IMG/VR virus record: IMGVR_UViG_3300044548_000117
Reading direction: 5' to 3' (one strand)
Length of the DNA stretch: 8,045 nucleotides
DNA from: a virus
Made by a program: the position numbers and the translations under genes. The notes under the pieces were generated by a model. That model made no database searches and was not told the origin of the DNA. It saw only the letters and a program-made list of their open reading frames with translations. Positions 6,243-8,045 of this stretch are shown in pieces. Positions within the stretch are counted from its first letter, which is position 1; each line of letters begins with the position of its first letter.

Positions 6243-6440
6243 TGCTAGCGTTTTTCGTTCTGCAGTTGCTGCACCAGGTCGAGATTTGCTAGCACCTGGC
6301 GGATCTGCCTGAAGGCGCCCTGCTAGCATTTCGCGTCCTCGATCGGCGCCGGCGCCGATGAAATTGCTAGCAATCGTCTCGATGGGAGTGCTAGCATTTT
6401 TGCACCTGGTGGATCTCGTCCAGGATCAAATTTGCTAGCA
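6242..6440. repeat. Array of six perfect GCTAGC palindromes (core of TGCTAGCA) in the 211-bp gap between the two RHH-like ORFs
   Basis: The cores lie at 6244-6249, 6288-6293, 6322-6327, 6366-6371, 6390-6395 and 6434-6439, spaced 44, 34, 44, 24 and 44 bp apart. Site 4 is a 12-bp perfect palindrome, ATTGCTAGCAAT (6363-6374). Site 6 abuts the SD of the downstream ORF. Confidence 0.9.
6342..6359. repeat. 18-bp perfect palindrome ATCGGCGCCGGCGCCGAT
   Basis: The sequence equals its own reverse complement. It lies between GCTAGC sites 3 and 4. Confidence 0.9.
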
Positions 6441-6453
6441 GGGAGAAAGTGGA

Positions 6454-6747
6454 ATGCTGCTGACCATTCGCGATGTGCCCGAAGACCTGGTGCGCCAGGC
6501 AAAGATTGCGACCGGCAAAGGTACTGGGAGCCAGGCGTTTATCGCCGGCATTGAGCTGATGCTGTGGCAGCGTGATCGCATCGACGAGATGCAGGAAGAG
6601 ATTCGCTCGCTGCGCGAGACCGTTGGTGTCTACCAGGGCGTGCTTGCCGATGCTCATTCGGCCGCTGTTCAGCTCGCCGAGATCGCCGGGCAGAAGGACC
6701 TTTTCCAGTCTGAGAACCCGCTGCGCCCCGGGTATCGTCGCCGCTAG
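6454..6747 (+). CDS. Ribbon-helix-helix-like DNA-binding protein with a C-terminal coiled coil (97 aa)
   Basis: GGGAG lies 8 nt upstream. MLLTIRDVPEDLVRQAKIATGKGTGSQAFIAGIELML fits the RHH pattern of beta-strand, helix A, G-x-S/T turn and helix B. It is followed by the heptad-like RIDEMQEEIRSLRETVGVYQGVL. The stop TAG (6745-6747) lies inside GCTAGC site 7. Confidence 0.7.
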   Translation: MLLTIRDVPEDLVRQAKIATGKGTGSQAFIAGIELMLWQRDRIDEMQEEIRSLRETVGVYQGVLADAHSAAVQLAEIAGQKDLFQSENPLRPGYRRR

Positions 6748-6838
6748 CAGTTTTCGCGCACCAGCTGCTGCACCGCGGCTGATTTTGCTAGCACTTTTGC
6801 CTGCAGGTTTCGTCCTGGATCCGACTGACTGCTAGCAA
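6741..6838. repeat. Array of three further GCTAGC palindromes downstream of the second RHH-like ORF
   Basis: The cores lie at 6743-6748, 6787-6792 and 6831-6836, spaced 44 and 44 bp apart. The first unit is homologous to the unit after ORF 5997-6242: both carry TTTTCG..TGCTGCACC..GATTTGCTAGCAC. Confidence 0.9.
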
Positions 6839-6841
6839 CTC

Positions 6842-7087
6842 GGAAGCCCCTTCGCGGGGCTCCGTCGTTCCCGGCGCTCCGAGCACACCTCGCGCCTGAT
6901 CACCCCAATTGCGCGTACAGCGGCCTTCCAGGGGCCTCTGTACGTGCGCGCACGTTGTGCTCGCAGACTTCCGAGGAATGTTCAGCCGTCTAGCCCAGCT
7001 GGTGGAGAGCGCGAAGCATTGGCCCTGCGGGCCAACGGGTAGCCGGAAGGCGCAGGGCGGAGCCCTGGCGGAAGGAACGAATGTTCC
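6842..7087 (+). other. Hairpin-dense GC-rich non-coding segment; candidate packaging signal and/or minus-strand origin, or a structured RNA
   Basis: I found five stem-loops by hand: 6842-6863; 6911-6947 (10-bp outer stem plus inner GGCC/GGCC); 7019-7035 (TTGGCCC-TGC-GGGCCAA); 7053-7067 (CAGGGC-GGA-GCCCTG, flanked by direct CGGAAGG repeats); and 7074-7087 (GGAAC-GAAT-GTTCC). There is no credible ORF. The functional assignment is by analogy with the Ff intergenic region. Confidence 0.4.
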
Positions 7088-7135
7088 TGGAGGGTAAGGC
7101 CGGCTTGCAGCGGGGCGGGGGTAGGCCGGAGGCCG

Positions 7136-7157
7136 CAGGGGTTCACCCCTGGTTTTT
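7136..7157 (+). terminator. Rho-independent terminator (plus strand)
   Basis: The sequence is CAGGGG-TTCA-CCCCTG followed by GTTTTT. On the minus strand no T tract follows the hairpin. Confidence 0.7.
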
Positions 7158-7415
7158 AGATGCCTCCGGCGCTGCCTTGGGTATGACTCCACGGCAGTAG
7201 ACCAGGTAGTTCTTGTCCGTCTTCCTAGTCGCTTTTTCTGCGGCCGCCATGGCTTTTCCTGCGGTGGTGCACGCCTCTTTCGTGGGGTAGGGGGTGTGCA
7301 CCGTAATTACAGTGGTAGGCGTCGGGTTGCTCTGGAGCAGGATTGTCAGGATGTATTCGAGGGTCACTGCCGCTCCATGGCTTTTTGGGGCTGCGCGGAG
7401 TGTCCGATAGCGCAC
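7143..7415 (-). CDS. Hypothetical small protein (90 aa from GTG 7415; 74 aa from GTG 7367)
   Basis: This is the only sizeable ORF in the interval. The internal GTG at 7367 has GGAG 5 nt upstream. I recognise no motif, and the C-terminus reads through the plus-strand terminator hairpin, so the call is weak. Confidence 0.3.
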   Translation of the reverse strand: MRYRTLRAAPKSHGAAVTLEYILTILLQSNPTPTTVITVHTPYPTKEACTTAGKAMAAAEKATRKTDKNYLVYCRGVIPKAAPEASKNQG

Positions 7416-7430
7416 TCCCGGCGGCAGCCG

Positions 7431-7473
7431 GGTCCACCATCTCTAATGGTGGACTCTTGTCTCATGGTGAGAA
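7431..7473 (+). promoter_or_regulatory. Plus-strand (rolling-circle) origin with an Ff-like nick-site hairpin
   Basis: GTCCACCAT-CTCTA-ATGGTGGAC forms a 9-bp stem (7432-7440 / 7446-7454). TCTCTAATGGTGGACTCTTGT matches the f1 origin TCTTTAATAGTGGACTCTTGT at 19/21, and GTGGACTCTTGT (7449-7460) is identical. A second inverted repeat, TCTCA-TGG-TGAGA (7460-7472), sits where the Ff pII-binding inverted repeat lies. By analogy the nick falls between T7444 and A7445. Confidence 0.8.
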
Positions 7474-7491
7474 TTTCCGATCATTTTTTGA

Positions 7492-7926
7492 TCAGCGCAG
7501 CGCTTCCTGCTCGTAGCCGTACAGAACGCCTTTTAGGGCGATTCGTGCTTGGTTTCTGATCTCGGCGGGCAGCGCATCAAACCTCTTGAGTATGGGTCTC
7601 AAGTCCTCGGATACGGTCATTTCTTCGCTGTCCAGCAGCAGCTCGTCGGTGGTTACGCCGAGCACCTTTGCCATGGCGACGACCTTGTCAGCCGATGGCA
7701 TTGCCGTGCCAGCTTCGTAGGTGCTGTAGGTTGATTTGCCGATGCCAGCAGGGCCCCAGACTTCAGGCATCGTGAGGCCTCGGCCCTTTCTGATCCGCTT
7801 TAGGTTCTCGCCAAGCGTCATAGCTCTCTCATGCGCGGTCTTCATGGTGGCGAGATCGTAGGTACTGTTCACGCATACAGCTCCAGCATTCTGGCATTTG
7901 ATTGCTTGCATGTTGTAATGCTCCAT
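7492..7926 (-). CDS. XRE/Cro-CI family helix-turn-helix transcriptional repressor (phage immunity-type regulator)
   Basis: LGENLKRIRKGRGLTMPEVWGPAGIGKSTYSTYEAGTAMPSADKVVAMAKVLGVTTDELL is a typical XRE HTH domain. The gene is transcribed divergently from pII. The start is uncertain: ATG at 7926, 7911, 7845 or 7821, where 7821 gives MTLGENLKR, a typical HTH N-terminus. The ORF runs into the terminal repeat. Confidence 0.85.
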   Translation of the reverse strand: MEHYNMQAIKCQNAGAVCVNSTYDLATMKTAHERAMTLGENLKRIRKGRGLTMPEVWGPAGIGKSTYSTYEAGTAMPSADKVVAMAKVLGVTTDELLLDSEEMTVSEDLRPILKRFDALPAEIRNQARIALKGVLYGYEQEALR

Positions 7927-8045
7927 TGCTAGATTACCGGCATTCGCATTCCTGATTTCAGGTATTGACAGGGATTTCGCCGGTGCTTGATCGAATCCAC
8001 ATGTTCATCCGCTTTCGCCGGGAGCACGTCCAGATGATTGGCAAG
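7919..8045. repeat. Terminal direct repeat, copy 2 (identical to 1..127)
   Basis: See copy 1. It contains the repressor start region and the 5' end of pII. Confidence 0.97.

Noticed and set aside
5943-6329. Minus-strand ORF of 128 aa overlapping ORF 5997-6242 and the first palindromes. A similar minus-strand ORF lies at 6391-6657, and plus-strand alternative frames lie at 6088-6312 and 6095-6292.
   Set aside because: These are low-complexity Ala/Arg/Gly/Pro-rich translations typical of off-frame GC-rich DNA. They run through the palindrome array and lack an SD. The plus-strand frames chosen have coiled-coil periodicity, and 6454-6747 has a good SD.
6454-6747. RHH-like ORF considered as the antitoxin of a toxin-antitoxin pair
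   Set aside because: No toxin-sized ORF follows or precedes it on the same strand. The downstream DNA is the palindrome array and the hairpin region.
6242-6838. GCTAGC array considered as a CRISPR array
   Set aside because: The conserved repeat is only 8-12 bp, the spacers are related to one another, one spacer is a 97-aa ORF, and there are no cas genes. The properties fit protein-binding sites, not CRISPR.
6991-7010. tRNA-like D-arm motif TAGCCCAGCTGGTGGAGAGC, considered as a tRNA gene fragment or tRNA-type attP
   Set aside because: The flanking D-stem bases do not pair (GCCC versus GAGC). There is no T-arm (GGTTCGAnnCC) and no acceptor-stem complementarity nearby, and I could not draw a cloverleaf. 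The dif-like sites give a better integration-site explanation.
6909-7097. Plus-strand ORF of 62 aa inside the hairpin-dense region
   Set aside because: It spans several strong stem-loops, has no SD, and its product has no recognisable features. The region is better explained as structured non-coding DNA or RNA.

Overview
The window is a complete, circularly permuted genome of a filamentous ssDNA phage (Inovirus-like) from a GC-rich Gram-negative host. Bases 1-127 recur exactly at 7919-8045, so the unit length is 7,918 bp. The + strand carries an Ff-type core in the canonical order. It runs from the replication initiator pII (with a nested pX-like start), through three small ORFs including a probable gV-type ssDNA-binding protein and a small membrane-anchored ORF, to major coat protein pVIII and two hairpin terminators. 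The adsorption protein pIII, pVI and the Zot/pI assembly ATPase follow. No pIV secretin and no integrase are present. The most unusual content lies in the last third (5.7-7.9 kb). It holds two translationally coupled hydrophobic micro-ORFs below the ORF-track cutoff and a pair of inverted dif-like sites that can fold into a hairpin, a CTXphi-style XerCD attP. It also holds two small RHH-like plus coiled-coil ORFs interleaved with nine perfect GCTAGC palindromes at quantised 44/34/24-bp spacing. This palindrome/ORF module is the best candidate for an undescribed regulatory or DNA-organising system. Beyond it lie a hairpin-dense non-coding stretch ending in an intrinsic terminator, a plus-strand origin whose nick-site core nearly matches the Ff origin, and a divergently transcribed XRE-type repressor. 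The N-terminal half of pIII and its upstream spacer have much lower G+C than the rest, which suggests a swapped host-recognition module.
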